Shown: positions 43,372-52,717, numbered from the stretch's first letter. The stretch: 52,717 nt of DNA from a virus (IMGVR_UViG_3300035701_000046:1-52717), one strand, 5' to 3'. Numbers and translations: made by a program. Notes: generated by a model not told the origin, from the letters alone.

Positions 43372-44292
43372 ATGGCTGCTTCTGCCACGCAAAAGCTCAT
43401 CGCTATCCTGGCAGCCGCTGGTGTTCCTACTATTCTGATCGCCGCGCTGCTCGGAGGGTTTCTGACCGAACAATGCCCGCCCTCGGGGCCGATGACTTCC
43501 GCAGATTCGGTTCTGAGTCAGATGGTAACCCATTTCGAGGCGGATACCGCTTTCTCCATGAAGGCGTTCCCGGATGGTCAGGGTGTGTGGACTGCGATCC
43601 GCGCCTTCGATAAGGACGGATTCATGAGTGATCCCTCCGAGGCACAGTACGTCTTCAAAACTTCCTACCGGCTCTTTTTCGCCTCGGACTCGGATAGCCT
43701 ACTCTGGTGGTGGCCTTTCTTCGAAGGTGGCGGGACAACGCTGAAGGACATTAAAAGAGGTGTCCTCGGCACGATGGTCGGAGGCCCATTATGGACCAGC
43801 AGGAACGCGCCCAATGAATTCGCCATGATGTTCGATGGCGTGAACGACAAGATCGCTTTGCCGCCGATCGATGCGGAAGGCACGAAACTCAGGATCGAGC
43901 TGTGGGTCTGGCCCGACACCGCGCCGGACGGGGGTAGTGCATATCTCATCTTCAAGGGGACCGGGACCACGAGCCAATCGCAAATCATCTGGTGTCTGTC
44001 GCAGTCCAACAATACCTCGCTCAAGTGGCGGCTCAAGACCGGGACGACTACCGGCGAGGTCCTGGCCAACAATGTGCTTACCCTCCGTACTTGGCAGCAC
44101 GTGGTGGCGACCTATGACGGCAAGAAAATGCGCCTCTTCGTCAACGGGATCCTCAAAGGCTCGACTTTCAAGAATGGGAATGTCGTGATCGACAGGGCGG
44201 TTGCCGTGACCATCGGCGATGCGACAACTGGCGGTAAACGCTTCAAGGGGAAGCTGGACGACGTGAAAATTGGGAGAAAGCTCACGCCGTAA
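43372..44292 (+). CDS. LamG/concanavalin A-like domain protein with hydrophobic N-terminus
   Basis: 'FDGVND', 'IELWV', 'WQHVVATYDG..LFVNG', 'FKGKLDDVKI'; AGGAGG SD. Confidence 0.9.
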   Translation: MAASATQKLIAILAAAGVPTILIAALLGGFLTEQCPPSGPMTSADSVLSQMVTHFEADTAFSMKAFPDGQGVWTAIRAFDKDGFMSDPSEAQYVFKTSYRLFFASDSDSLLWWWPFFEGGGTTLKDIKRGVLGTMVGGPLWTSRNAPNEFAMMFDGVNDKIALPPIDAEGTKLRIELWVWPDTAPDGGSAYLIFKGTGTTSQSQIIWCLSQSNNTSLKWRLKTGTTTGEVLANNVLTLRTWQHVVATYDGKKMRLFVNGILKGSTFKNGNVVIDRAVAVTIGDATTGGKRFKGKLDDVKIGRKLTP

Positions 44293-44309
44293 GATAAAAT
44301 TCAATCGAG

Positions 44310-44318
44310 TTATCCACA
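44310..44318 (+). promoter_or_regulatory. DnaA-box consensus
   Basis: TTATCCACA 22 bp upstream of the 42-bp repeat. Confidence 0.5.
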
Positions 44319-44340
44319 GCTTTTTTCGAGAAATGGGCTG

Positions 44341-44382
44341 AAAACCCGAATTGTAGGTTTATACCAGCCCATAGTATGGAGG
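44341..44382 (+). repeat. 42-bp exact repeat, copy 2
   Basis: identical to 17459-17500. Confidence 0.9.
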
Positions 44383-44383
44383 C

Positions 44384-45028
44384 GTGACCTTCATACCGCA
44401 TCTTGTGCCTTCAGCAAGCGCCCCCCCCCCTAACTCCTTGAAAGATTACGAGATGAATCCAGAACAAGTCGAGGAACGCCGTCGCCAGGGGCAAGAACGC
44501 TGGGTCGATGAGTGGGTCGCTCCTCGGCTCTTTTCGGGGGCCAAGGTGCTCGATATCGGGTGCGGCGGCGGATGGACTCTCAGGAAGCTGCGTGAAATCT
44601 CCGATCAACGCCAATTATGCCTGGGCCTTGAGGGAATCGACTCCGATTTCGCGTCTCTCAATTCCAAGGCGGGCGGGCAGAATATCATGATCGGCGACAT
44701 GCACGACTTGCCTCTCACGTGGGAAGATACGTGGGATTTCATCGTCATTTCGCACACCCTGGAACATTCCCACATGCCCAACGTCGCCGTAGGAGAATGG
44801 CGGAGGGTGACCCGGCCCGGTGCCCTCGCGCTTGTCGTCCTTCCGTACCCGGATGTCTATCGGAACAACCCTCAGCACGTGGGGCGTTTTATCATCGGGA
44901 CATCCGTCGAGGATGAGGGACGAACGGTAGAAAAATTCTTCGAGTTCGCTGGATGGGAAGTCCTCAACAAACGCTTCGACGACTTCCGCGAGCCTGAAAT
45001 CTGGCTGGAGATGAAAAAGGCGATCTGA
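44384..45028 (+). CDS. class I SAM-dependent methyltransferase (start uncertain)
   Basis: 'VLDIGCGGG', 'GDMHDLP', 'SHTLEH', 'RVTRPG'. Confidence 0.88.
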   Translation: MTFIPHLVPSASAPPPNSLKDYEMNPEQVEERRRQGQERWVDEWVAPRLFSGAKVLDIGCGGGWTLRKLREISDQRQLCLGLEGIDSDFASLNSKAGGQNIMIGDMHDLPLTWEDTWDFIVISHTLEHSHMPNVAVGEWRRVTRPGALALVVLPYPDVYRNNPQHVGRFIIGTSVEDEGRTVEKFFEFAGWEVLNKRFDDFREPEIWLEMKKAI

Positions 45029-45072
45029 GCCAGACACACTTGATCCCCCTGCACGCATAGTCGGAGGCCCCG

Positions 45073-45888
45073 ATGCCCTGGACGCCGAATCCCGAGAATG
45101 CCCGGCGCAATCGCCAGCGGTGGTTAGCGAAGCACTATCCCCGAGCGGCGGAAGCTCACCCCGTCCAATCTAGGGGCGGGATCGATGACTTCCTCCCCGC
45201 GCGCCAGGCGAGTTGGTATGCGAACGAACTCCTCCCCCTCCTCCAGGATCTCAAAGAGGAAGGCTATACGCTTGAATCCCGCGCCGATGTCGCGGAGCTA
45301 CTTGACCAACGTGCTGAGTACACGGCGGCGAGCTATGTCCGTGACCAGATCAAGGATCAGGAGTGGAGCGAGTTCCTCGACATGACCAGCCTTGCGGCTC
45401 GGGTCCCCACGACCCCGGTCCGGGAGATCGCCGAACGCGCCGAAGCCTTCGGCCTCAATGTCGCGAACCTATGGGATTCTGAGGACCGGCAAGGGGGCAA
45501 AGTCGAGTTCAACAACGATGTCGCCAAGGTGAACGAGTTCGTAGGTGTCCTCCGGCGAGAGTATCCAGGGCGCGTCTTCTCGGTCACCACTAGCCGATAC
45601 AACGTCCCGATCCTGTGGGTGTCGAATCAGGGGATGACAGCAACCGCAGCCAACGCCGACTGGCAGATGCAGACCGTCAAAGAGATGATGGATGCCAACG
45701 GCGCGAGCGACCTAGACCCCCGGCATGTGATGGCCTATGTGAACGTTGGCCTTGAGAACCGTCAGGATGGCCTGTTGCTCTCGGATATGAGCACCTCCCA
45801 GATCGAGGCCGAAGTCCTTGTGTCGATCGAGGCCGTCCGAGAAGACCCGGCGCAAGCCGAGAAGGTTGCGCAGAGTTATGGGTTGTGA
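45073..45888 (+). CDS. modular acidic hypothetical protein
   Basis: 271 aa, GGAGG SD. Confidence 0.75.
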   Translation: MPWTPNPENARRNRQRWLAKHYPRAAEAHPVQSRGGIDDFLPARQASWYANELLPLLQDLKEEGYTLESRADVAELLDQRAEYTAASYVRDQIKDQEWSEFLDMTSLAARVPTTPVREIAERAEAFGLNVANLWDSEDRQGGKVEFNNDVAKVNEFVGVLRREYPGRVFSVTTSRYNVPILWVSNQGMTATAANADWQMQTVKEMMDANGASDLDPRHVMAYVNVGLENRQDGLLLSDMSTSQIEAEVLVSIEAVREDPAQAEKVAQSYGL

Positions 45889-45892
45889 TCCG

Positions 45893-46255
45893 ATGAAACC
45901 GTTGACTGGTGAGGAGATACAGAGCTTCCGTGACCGTTGGAAAGCGGTTCACCGGTTGCGGACCCGTGAACCGGAGGAATATCGCGCGCTCCAGGTCGAG
46001 GCGCTTACCCGCACCGCCGATGAAGAGGGCGAGTGGTACCCTTTTTTCGCCGCGAAGCTCTTGAACTGTAGCCCGGAAGTGATTGGCAATATGATACATG
46101 CCTACTATCCGTCGAAAGTGAAATTCTGCGTAAAGCGCGCTCACCGGTATGCGCCAGACATCGACCGCTTCGGCGTCGCCGCCGGGAAACAAGTCAAGTT
46201 ACTACACCCCGAGACGCTCGATCTCCGGGAGACCAAAAAGGGAGGGCCGAGATGA
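45893..46255 (+). CDS. hypothetical protein
   Basis: ATGA coupling to downstream gene. Confidence 0.6.
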   Translation: MKPLTGEEIQSFRDRWKAVHRLRTREPEEYRALQVEALTRTADEEGEWYPFFAAKLLNCSPEVIGNMIHAYYPSKVKFCVKRAHRYAPDIDRFGVAAGKQVKLLHPETLDLRETKKGGPR

Positions 46256-46983
46256 CCGACGAACTCAGTCTCAACATGACGCGAAAATTCAAACCCATCC
46301 ACCTGCCGGTGGATAGCCTCGTGACCGGTACCCCCAAACAGTACCGCGTGCCGATCTTCCACGATCACGACAACACCACGACCAGTGGCGGACAATTCGT
46401 CCAGGCGATCTGCGACCGGGACCCTGCGGGTACCCTCGTGAGCGGCAAGGGCACCTTCATGTTCAACCTGCCCAACGCGATCTCCGGCTGGACCCGTATC
46501 CAGAAGCTCCAGATGTGCCTCTACACCAACCAGTTCTACACCAACACGGGCAGGACGCTCAGTGGCGAGCCATTCAGGATGCGCTATCACAAACGCCTTT
46601 CGACGCCCAAGTACAACCACCCCGTCACTGGCACCCCCGTCATCACCGGGTACACGCGGACTTGGATTCAGGATGTCGTCAGCCTCTCCCCGGAAGGCGA
46701 GGGCATCGGCGGGTTCGTCAACACCGGATGGCATCGGCTCTCCACGTACAACCGGGGCGTGCTCAACAGTTGCCTCTCCGGCGCGGTGGCAGGAAAGCGG
46801 AACATCTCCGTCAAGATGGGCGTCCCCAACCAGGCCCAAACCCACGTCATGTGGTGGAACGTCCGCTCGATGGAGTTCAAGAAAGACAGAGACACCGGCG
46901 GCGGGAAGAAACCCCACATGATGGCCGCCACGATGGATGCCGGGTGGGGCGCGTATCTCGTCCTTACCGCCGTCACCGGCTAA
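46252..46983 (+). CDS. beta-rich paralogue A (likely virion protein)
   Basis: MTDEL..PIFHDH..EFKKD..YLVLTAVTG shared with next gene. Confidence 0.8.
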   Translation: MTDELSLNMTRKFKPIHLPVDSLVTGTPKQYRVPIFHDHDNTTTSGGQFVQAICDRDPAGTLVSGKGTFMFNLPNAISGWTRIQKLQMCLYTNQFYTNTGRTLSGEPFRMRYHKRLSTPKYNHPVTGTPVITGYTRTWIQDVVSLSPEGEGIGGFVNTGWHRLSTYNRGVLNSCLSGAVAGKRNISVKMGVPNQAQTHVMWWNVRSMEFKKDRDTGGGKKPHMMAATMDAGWGAYLVLTAVTG

Positions 46984-47017
46984 CCCCTATGTGCTCGTCA
47001 TTCACGGAGGAACAGAA

Positions 47018-47719
47018 ATGACCGATGAACTCAACGAAATGGTCAAGAAACGGATCAAACCCGTCAACTACCCGCCGGATGCGACGGATGTCGCCACCTC
47101 GCACCAGATTCGCATCCCGATCTTCCACGACCATACGCGCTACCAGGCCGGGACCCCCAACTACGCAAGCGGCGATATGTTCATGGAGTCCATCTACGCA
47201 AAGGACCTCGGCGGAAACGTCACCAGCGGCAGAGCGACCATGATCTACAAGCTGCCGAACAACTGCTCCGCCTGGGTCCAGATCACCAGGTTCCAGTGCT
47301 TCTGGTTCACCCAGTCCCTCAAGGACGATGGCGGTATGGGCCTCATCGCCCCTGCTATCTACGTCAACTACATGAAACGGACGCCCCCGGCCACGTTCAA
47401 TCCCTTCACCTCCCAAATACCGCCCGAGGGCGAAGGCGTCCCCGGCCTCGCCGTGATGGGATGGCACAACGGCTATACCACCGCCAAGACCATCACCAAC
47501 AACTTCATCACCGGTGCCGCCGCAGGCCACCGATACATCTCGGTCAAGCTCACAGGCATCTACCGGGTCGCCAACGGCCAAGAGTGCAAATGGGTCCAGC
47601 GTACCCAGGAGTTCAAAAAGGACTCCGACATCATCGGGAAAAGACCCCACCAGATGGCCGCTTCCCCGATGGATAGCGGTATGGCCCCCTACCTCGTCCT
47701 GACCGCTGTCACCGGATAA
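47018..47719 (+). CDS. beta-rich paralogue B
   Basis: GGAGG SD; same motifs. Confidence 0.8.
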   Translation: MTDELNEMVKKRIKPVNYPPDATDVATSHQIRIPIFHDHTRYQAGTPNYASGDMFMESIYAKDLGGNVTSGRATMIYKLPNNCSAWVQITRFQCFWFTQSLKDDGGMGLIAPAIYVNYMKRTPPATFNPFTSQIPPEGEGVPGLAVMGWHNGYTTAKTITNNFITGAAAGHRYISVKLTGIYRVANGQECKWVQRTQEFKKDSDIIGKRPHQMAASPMDSGMAPYLVLTAVTG

Positions 47720-47826
47720 CCTAAAGCCACCTCAGTAAGTCGCGGCGATGGGCCAGCTCGATACCCCTGGCCCATCCCGCGCCGTGGCTCGCCCCTCTTG
47801 GGTTCGTTTCTCCCGGAGTATCTCCC

Positions 47827-50800
47827 ATGCCAAAACGAGACCCGTTCGATCGCCTTCATGCTGGAGCCGATGACTTCCTCGATCAAAACGATATCGATCG
47901 AGAAGTCACCGCTATCCGCCGCTCCCACATCGCCAAACGCTACATCTTCCAGGAGTGGGTCGGCGACAAGATCATGGGCGGCTACGACCCCACCAAAGTC
48001 AAAGACGGCGATGTCGTCGAGACCGTCCCCCACACCCAGCTCGGCCCATCCGTCCCCCGGCCCCCCAAGCACCTCACCTACATCAAGAATTCAGAAACAG
48101 GGGAACTTATCGGACTTATCTCATACGATTCCCTCAAAGAGGCCCGCAAACAATCACACGTCCTGCAACCGAGGAAAACAATCAGGGCCGGTTTGACCCG
48201 CACCGCCCAGGACTACCAGGGCCTCGAAAACCCGGCCCCCCAACTCATCCCCACCGATATCTGGAACAGCGTCGGCCCCCTCGTCGCCCGCATCGGCGAA
48301 CAGAACCGCTGGCTCCGTATCCACGCCAACTCCCTCGAAAAATTCGAGATCATTAACCACGAGATGATGACCTACGCGGCCATGACCACCGCCATGAAGT
48401 TCATCGAGCGCCTGGCTGCCGTCCACATCGAGGTCACCGGCGAGCAGGCCGACGAGGCCGAGCAGCGCCTGCGGAATGCGGGCCTGGCGGTCACCCGGTC
48501 GGCGGTCGGCGGCGAGACCGAGTACGAGCGGTTCGAGGTGGACACGATGGGCCTCGGGTCCGGCGCGGTCGGGAATGCGCTTCGCGGGATCCCGTGGGGG
48601 ATCGTCCGGCAGGCGGCGAGCGACGATTTCCAGACGCTCTACAACGAGTACAACAACAAGGCGTCGGGCATTGTCGGGCCGTATTGGGAAGGTTGGCCGG
48701 AAGACAATAAGATACCGAAGGTTATCGATCTCGCGATGGGGATTTGCGAGGCGGCAGGCGCGGATGAGATGGCGGACCTTCTACGGCAGGATGCGACAGG
48801 AGACGAAGCGGCTCGACAGCAAGGGCACGCGGCTGGCTGGGGACTCGATCCAGCGAAGGGCGCACTTCTCGCGTTTTGCGTGCTGCAAGACGTGAACGCG
48901 CACGAGGTTGCGAAGCCGCTCTTCGATTGGGCGCGAGCGCAGTTCGGGGTTACGGGGGCGAAGCAGGCCCGGCTCCTCCGTCTCGCGCAGGCCGACTACG
49001 ACGAAGTCTACAAGCGTATCGGTCATCTCTACAGCCAGATCGCGACGAAGCACGAGTGGGTAATCGACGAACTGATTTGGGTCGCGATTGGCATGGTCGA
49101 GCAGGCGGGAGTCACCGCACTCGGCAGCCATTTGCGTAATGCGATGCCGGTGATCGATGAGTCTGAGCCGTTCATCGAGGAAGGCAAGAAATACGCGAAG
49201 GGCCGGGAGCCTGTCGAGGCCGTGATGCTTGCATTCGAGACGCTTCAGGACGCGAACGCGCATACTGAGGCGGCTCCCCTGTACGAATGGCTTTTCGAGG
49301 AGGGTGGGTTGACGCGACCGGAGCCGATTCCGCCGATGGAGAGCGCGAAGCGGGTCCGGGGGCAAGATGACGACTTCCAGGACGCGGACAACCGCCCGTG
49401 CGAACACTGCGGCGGGCCGATGCAGTACATGGGTACGCTCGGGAACCGCATGCACTTCCGCTGCCGTGACTGCGGGATGGATGCCAGCGAAGGGATCCCG
49501 GCGGGTGACCGGAGTGCCGAGGGGTTCGAGCCGGAAGCGCGGCGGAAGGTCGCGATGAACGACGTGAACGGCGAGCCGGTGCGCGCGGGTGACCAGGTGC
49601 GGATCGTGAGCGACCAGCGAGGCCAGGAGTCGAGTGAGGGACCGCAATCCGTATCGGGCCAAGGCAAAGAGGGCCGGGTGGTCCGGGTGGACCAGGGCGA
49701 TTCGGGCGGCGTGCCCTTCGCCGTCGTGGACATCGGCACTTACGAAAGCATCAAGGCGACGAAGGTCGAGAAGATCGGCGGCGTCACGAAGGTTGCTCGG
49801 GAAGGCCAGTGCGCACAGTGCGGTTACCAGGGCGAGCCGATGGAGGACGGGACGTGTCCGGGGTGTGGCGCGAGCGATTGGGAATGGGGCGAGCAGCCGG
49901 AGTTCGCGCCGGAGAAGGATTGGGCCGGGCAAGAGGTAGGCCCGCAGTTCGAGTGGCACGGCAAGGACCGCATGCTCATGAACCCGAAGCGCGCGAGCAA
50001 GTATGAGGGCGTCCAGAATCCGAAGCCCGACTTTATCCCCGACGCGGCGTGGGGGCAAGTGGCGGACATCGCGGTGCGGGTTGCCGAGGAGTCCGGGATC
50101 ATGACTTACGACCCGGCGACTGGCGAGTGGCAGATCACCGACCAGGGCGCGTGGGAGTATGCCGCGATGCAGACCGCGCTCAAGTTCATGGAGGGCTTGC
50201 AGAAAGGCAAGAAGACGGCGCAGGACGATGACCCGCTGGCCCGGTTCGAGGCGGAGTTCCGCCCGGCGGCGGAGCAGTGGGCTTTGCAGTTTGGCGTGGG
50301 CGTCCAGGACATCGTCTTCGGGCACGGCGGAGCGAACGTTGTCCTCACGGGGACGATCGACGATCAGGCCGGTGCCCGCGATGCGGCGCGGCAGGCGTTC
50401 TCCGCGTTTGACTGGATGGCGGTCGAATTCCTTGGGCCGCTGAATGGGGCCGACCAATTCGATACGCTTGTTCTCAACTCGACGAACATCGCGCGCCGGA
50501 AGATGGCCAGCGGTGTATCGGGCCGCGAAGATGCCGTGATCCGTTGGCTTTGGAAGCAGGGTTTCGAAATCGACTACCCTGGCTTGCAGCCGGACGGGAA
50601 TGTGATGCTTTTCTCGCCTTACCATATCGGTACGGGCGATCCCGCAACGTCTGAAGAGTTACAGGACCTCGCGGGCCGGATCGAGTCTGAGGTTCCGGGT
50701 GTCCATGACATGTTCAGCGATTCCGTGCAAGGCACACTTTCTGTCGATATCTCGGACCCGAAAGAAGCCCGGAAGCTCGCGAGCAGGCGCAAGCGCGCGG

Positions 50801-52717
50801 CGGAGGAATCGGAAGAGTATCTGGAAGGCCAGGACGCCGCAAAGCGTTACTACGAGAAGGGATACTTCCCGGCGGACGGCACCTACGAGAGCCTTCAGGC
50901 GCTCATCAACCAGGGCGGCGACTGGGCACGCGGCTTCCAGGACTTCGATCCCGAGACGCACATGGGGGCGAAGACAGCGGCTCCGTATGTGCCCGAGTAC
51001 GACGCCGAGGGGAACGAGATCAAGAAGCTGCCATACTGGAGTCACGTGACGTACCAGGGCGAAGAAGACGATATCCCGACGATCATGCTCGGTGACGATC
51101 CCCAAGAGGCGGTTCGAAACTGGTTCGAGCAGAGGCGCATGGAAGAGGAGTTCAATCGGCAGCGCGGGACCACGTCGAAGCGGGCCGCGTTTTCTGACGA
51201 CTTCCAGGCAGGCTTCCAGTACGGGAGTGCGCCGGACGCCAGGGAGCTGAGCGCGCGGGAGATCGCCGGGAAGTTCCCCGAGGTGGAGGACACGGATGCC
51301 TTCACGCAGGGGATGCTGGACGGCCTGCTAGGCGACACGACCCGGTTCGACCAGATGATGGGCCAGGGGGACCTTTTCGCGGCGAAGACCGCGCGGGAAA
51401 ACGAGCCGGAGACGATCCCCTACTCGCCGGATTTGCAGATCACGAACCTCGATCAACTACCGGCGGGGACCGGGGCACGTTACTTGGAAGTCATGGACTC
51501 GCACGTGCCGGGAGAGTATATCGCGGTCCAGTGGCGCAGGAAGCCCGAGGCCGAGGCGGGCCACAAGATCATCGCGTTTTCGCGCCAGAAGTGGGCGGCG
51601 GGACTTTGGCCGGATGTCGAGGAGAAGTTCGTCTCATACCTGAAGGGGATTGGTGGCTCGGCTTCGTGGGATGAGATCAAGGGCTGGCAGAAGCGGGAGG
51701 GCGTGGATTGGGACCGGCTCAAGGAAACGATGGCTGACCTACGCAACCGGGGCGAGCTGGATGAGGACAACCATGAGATTCGATTACTGGCTCGCCGCGT
51801 GACGGCGGGCGTGAATCCGTCGGAAGAGAAGAGTCTATGGGAGCTTGCCGAGGAGACGGGCCAGCCTTACGAGGACCTGCAAGCGGACTACGAGGAGGCG
51901 ATCAGCCAGTCTCGGGCGATGGATGTCCCGATGAGTTGGGACGACTTCGCCCGGTCCGTGAAGCGTGGCGCGAAGTCGCAGGACTGGGAAGTTTCTGGGC
52001 CGGGCAATTCGAGCTATCGCCCGAAGAAGGCCCCGGACCCGTCGAAAGAGATGACGCAGGCCGAGGTCCCTTCAGGAGTGCCCATTCCTGACGCAGAGAA
52101 GCCCCAGGCTGAGGGCGAGGAGGACGACCTGACCGAAGAGGCGGGGGTAGGGGGAAGCTCGCCTTCCGGGGGCAATTGGACGCAGAAGACGCGGCTGTGG
52201 AGCTGCCGTCGGCAGGCGTGGGCGAAGGGTGGCGACCCGGAGGTGGGCGACGAGGTCGAGTATTTCCAGGGCATGTCGAGGAGCAAGGAGAAAGGCCGGG
52301 TCACGGCGATTGACTCCGAGAACGACCAGTACACGCTGGAGAACGGCGAGACCGTTCCGGGCCAGAACATCGTTCGGGTGAGCGCGAAGCGTGTTCGGAC
52401 GCTGCGCGACATGTTCGCCGAGTTCAACGAGGGGGATCATCCCCGAGGGGAGGGCGGGCAGTTTTCGAGCGGCGGCGAGGGCGGCGGCGGGAAGGCCGAA
52501 GAAGGGGAGCCGGAGTCCGGGTGGACGAATCCCGCGCTCGAAGAGAAGGCGAAAGAGAAACGCGGTCCGGGCTACACGGCTCCGTACACAGATAACGAGG
52601 GGGTGTATCACCCCGCCGTTGGAGAGCTTCCGCCGATGAATGAGGACAAAGATTTCAAGCGGAATCCCGAGAGTGACGACCCGATGGAGTGGCCGGTTGA
52701 GAAGCGCGTGGAGATCG
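47827..52717 (+). CDS. giant acidic multi-module protein, 3'-truncated (>1630 aa; absent from ORF track)
   Basis: ATG 47827 after GGAG; no stop seen in this frame to window end; duplicated modules, Zn ribbons, HPRxxGGQF motif. Confidence 0.88.
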   Translation, partial: MPKRDPFDRLHAGADDFLDQNDIDREVTAIRRSHIAKRYIFQEWVGDKIMGGYDPTKVKDGDVVETVPHTQLGPSVPRPPKHLTYIKNSETGELIGLISYDSLKEARKQSHVLQPRKTIRAGLTRTAQDYQGLENPAPQLIPTDIWNSVGPLVARIGEQNRWLRIHANSLEKFEIINHEMMTYAAMTTAMKFIERLAAVHIEVTGEQADEAEQRLRNAGLAVTRSAVGGETEYERFEVDTMGLGSGAVGNALRGIPWGIVRQAASDDFQTLYNEYNNKASGIVGPYWEGWPEDNKIPKVIDLAMGICEAAGADEMADLLRQDATGDEAARQQGHAAGWGLDPAKGALLAFCVLQDVNAHEVAKPLFDWARAQFGVTGAKQARLLRLAQADYDEVYKRIGHLYSQIATKHEWVIDELIWVAIGMVEQAGVTALGSHLRNAMPVIDESEPFIEEGKKYAKGREPVEAVMLAFETLQDANAHTEAAPLYEWLFEEGGLTRPEPIPPMESAKRVRGQDDDFQDADNRPCEHCGGPMQYMGTLGNRMHFRCRDCGMDASEGIPAGDRSAEGFEPEARRKVAMNDVNGEPVRAGDQVRIVSDQRGQESSEGPQSVSGQGKEGRVVRVDQGDSGGVPFAVVDIGTYESIKATKVEKIGGVTKVAREGQCAQCGYQGEPMEDGTCPGCGASDWEWGEQPEFAPEKDWAGQEVGPQFEWHGKDRMLMNPKRASKYEGVQNPKPDFIPDAAWGQVADIAVRVAEESGIMTYDPATGEWQITDQGAWEYAAMQTALKFMEGLQKGKKTAQDDDPLARFEAEFRPAAEQWALQFGVGVQDIVFGHGGANVVLTGTIDDQAGARDAARQAFSAFDWMAVEFLGPLNGADQFDTLVLNSTNIARRKMASGVSGREDAVIRWLWKQGFEIDYPGLQPDGNVMLFSPYHIGTGDPATSEELQDLAGRIESEVPGVHDMFSDSVQGTLSVDISDPKEARKLASRRKRAAEESEEYLEGQDAAKRYYEKGYFPADGTYESLQALINQGGDWARGFQDFDPETHMGAKTAAPYVPEYDAEGNEIKKLPYWSHVTYQGEEDDIPTIMLGDDPQEAVRNWFEQRRMEEEFNRQRGTTSKRAAFSDDFQAGFQYGSAPDARELSAREIAGKFPEVEDTDAFTQGMLDGLLGDTTRFDQMMGQGDLFAAKTARENEPETIPYSPDLQITNLDQLPAGTGARYLEVMDSHVPGEYIAVQWRRKPEAEAGHKIIAFSRQKWAAGLWPDVEEKFVSYLKGIGGSASWDEIKGWQKREGVDWDRLKETMADLRNRGELDEDNHEIRLLARRVTAGVNPSEEKSLWELAEETGQPYEDLQADYEEAISQSRAMDVPMSWDDFARSVKRGAKSQDWEVSGPGNSSYRPKKAPDPSKEMTQAEVPSGVPIPDAEKPQAEGEEDDLTEEAGVGGSSPSGGNWTQKTRLWSCRRQAWAKGGDPEVGDEVEYFQGMSRSKEKGRVTAIDSENDQYTLENGETVPGQNIVRVSAKRVRTLRDMFAEFNEGDHPRGEGGQFSSGGEGGGGKAEEGEPESGWTNPALEEKAKEKRGPGYTAPYTDNEGVYHPAVGELPPMNEDKDFKRNPESDDPMEWPVEKRVEI

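Noticed and set aside
48781-50625. 614-aa minus-strand ORF and neighbouring short ORFs
   Set aside because: Shadow frames of the unlisted giant + strand ORF starting at 47827
1-52717. tRNA genes, integrase, major capsid protein, alternative genetic code
   Set aside because: None recognised by eye; genes read through under the standard code with all three stops in use

Overview
A 52.7-kb fragment of a large tailed dsDNA bacteriophage (bacterial-type Shine-Dalgarno sites and sigma70-like promoters; host unknown). The left part (1-17.3 kb) is a replication/early region: DnaB helicase, DnaC/IstB-like loader, many small hypothetical genes, a vWA protein, an internally deleted DNA methyltransferase, a SNF2 helicase and several long structured intergenic RNA candidates. 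The right part (17.5 kb to the end, + strand) is a morphogenesis region: small and large terminase, six glycosyltransferases, small tandem paralogues, holin, portal, a MuF/minor-head protein carrying an intein, a moron-like operon, a LamG protein and a >1630-aa modular ORF that runs off the window. No major capsid or tail gene was recognised. Top finding: the MuF intein has no in-frame endonuclease, but an HTH + Vsr/DUF559-like endonuclease gene lies on the opposite strand entirely inside the intein, with a candidate promoter, RBS, start and stop all written into the intein's splicing motifs. Second: a ~325-nt closed RNA fold with ten regularly spaced YAAG repeats directly after a coiled-coil gene. 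All calls come from reading motifs and base-pairing by eye; no searches or folding programs were run.
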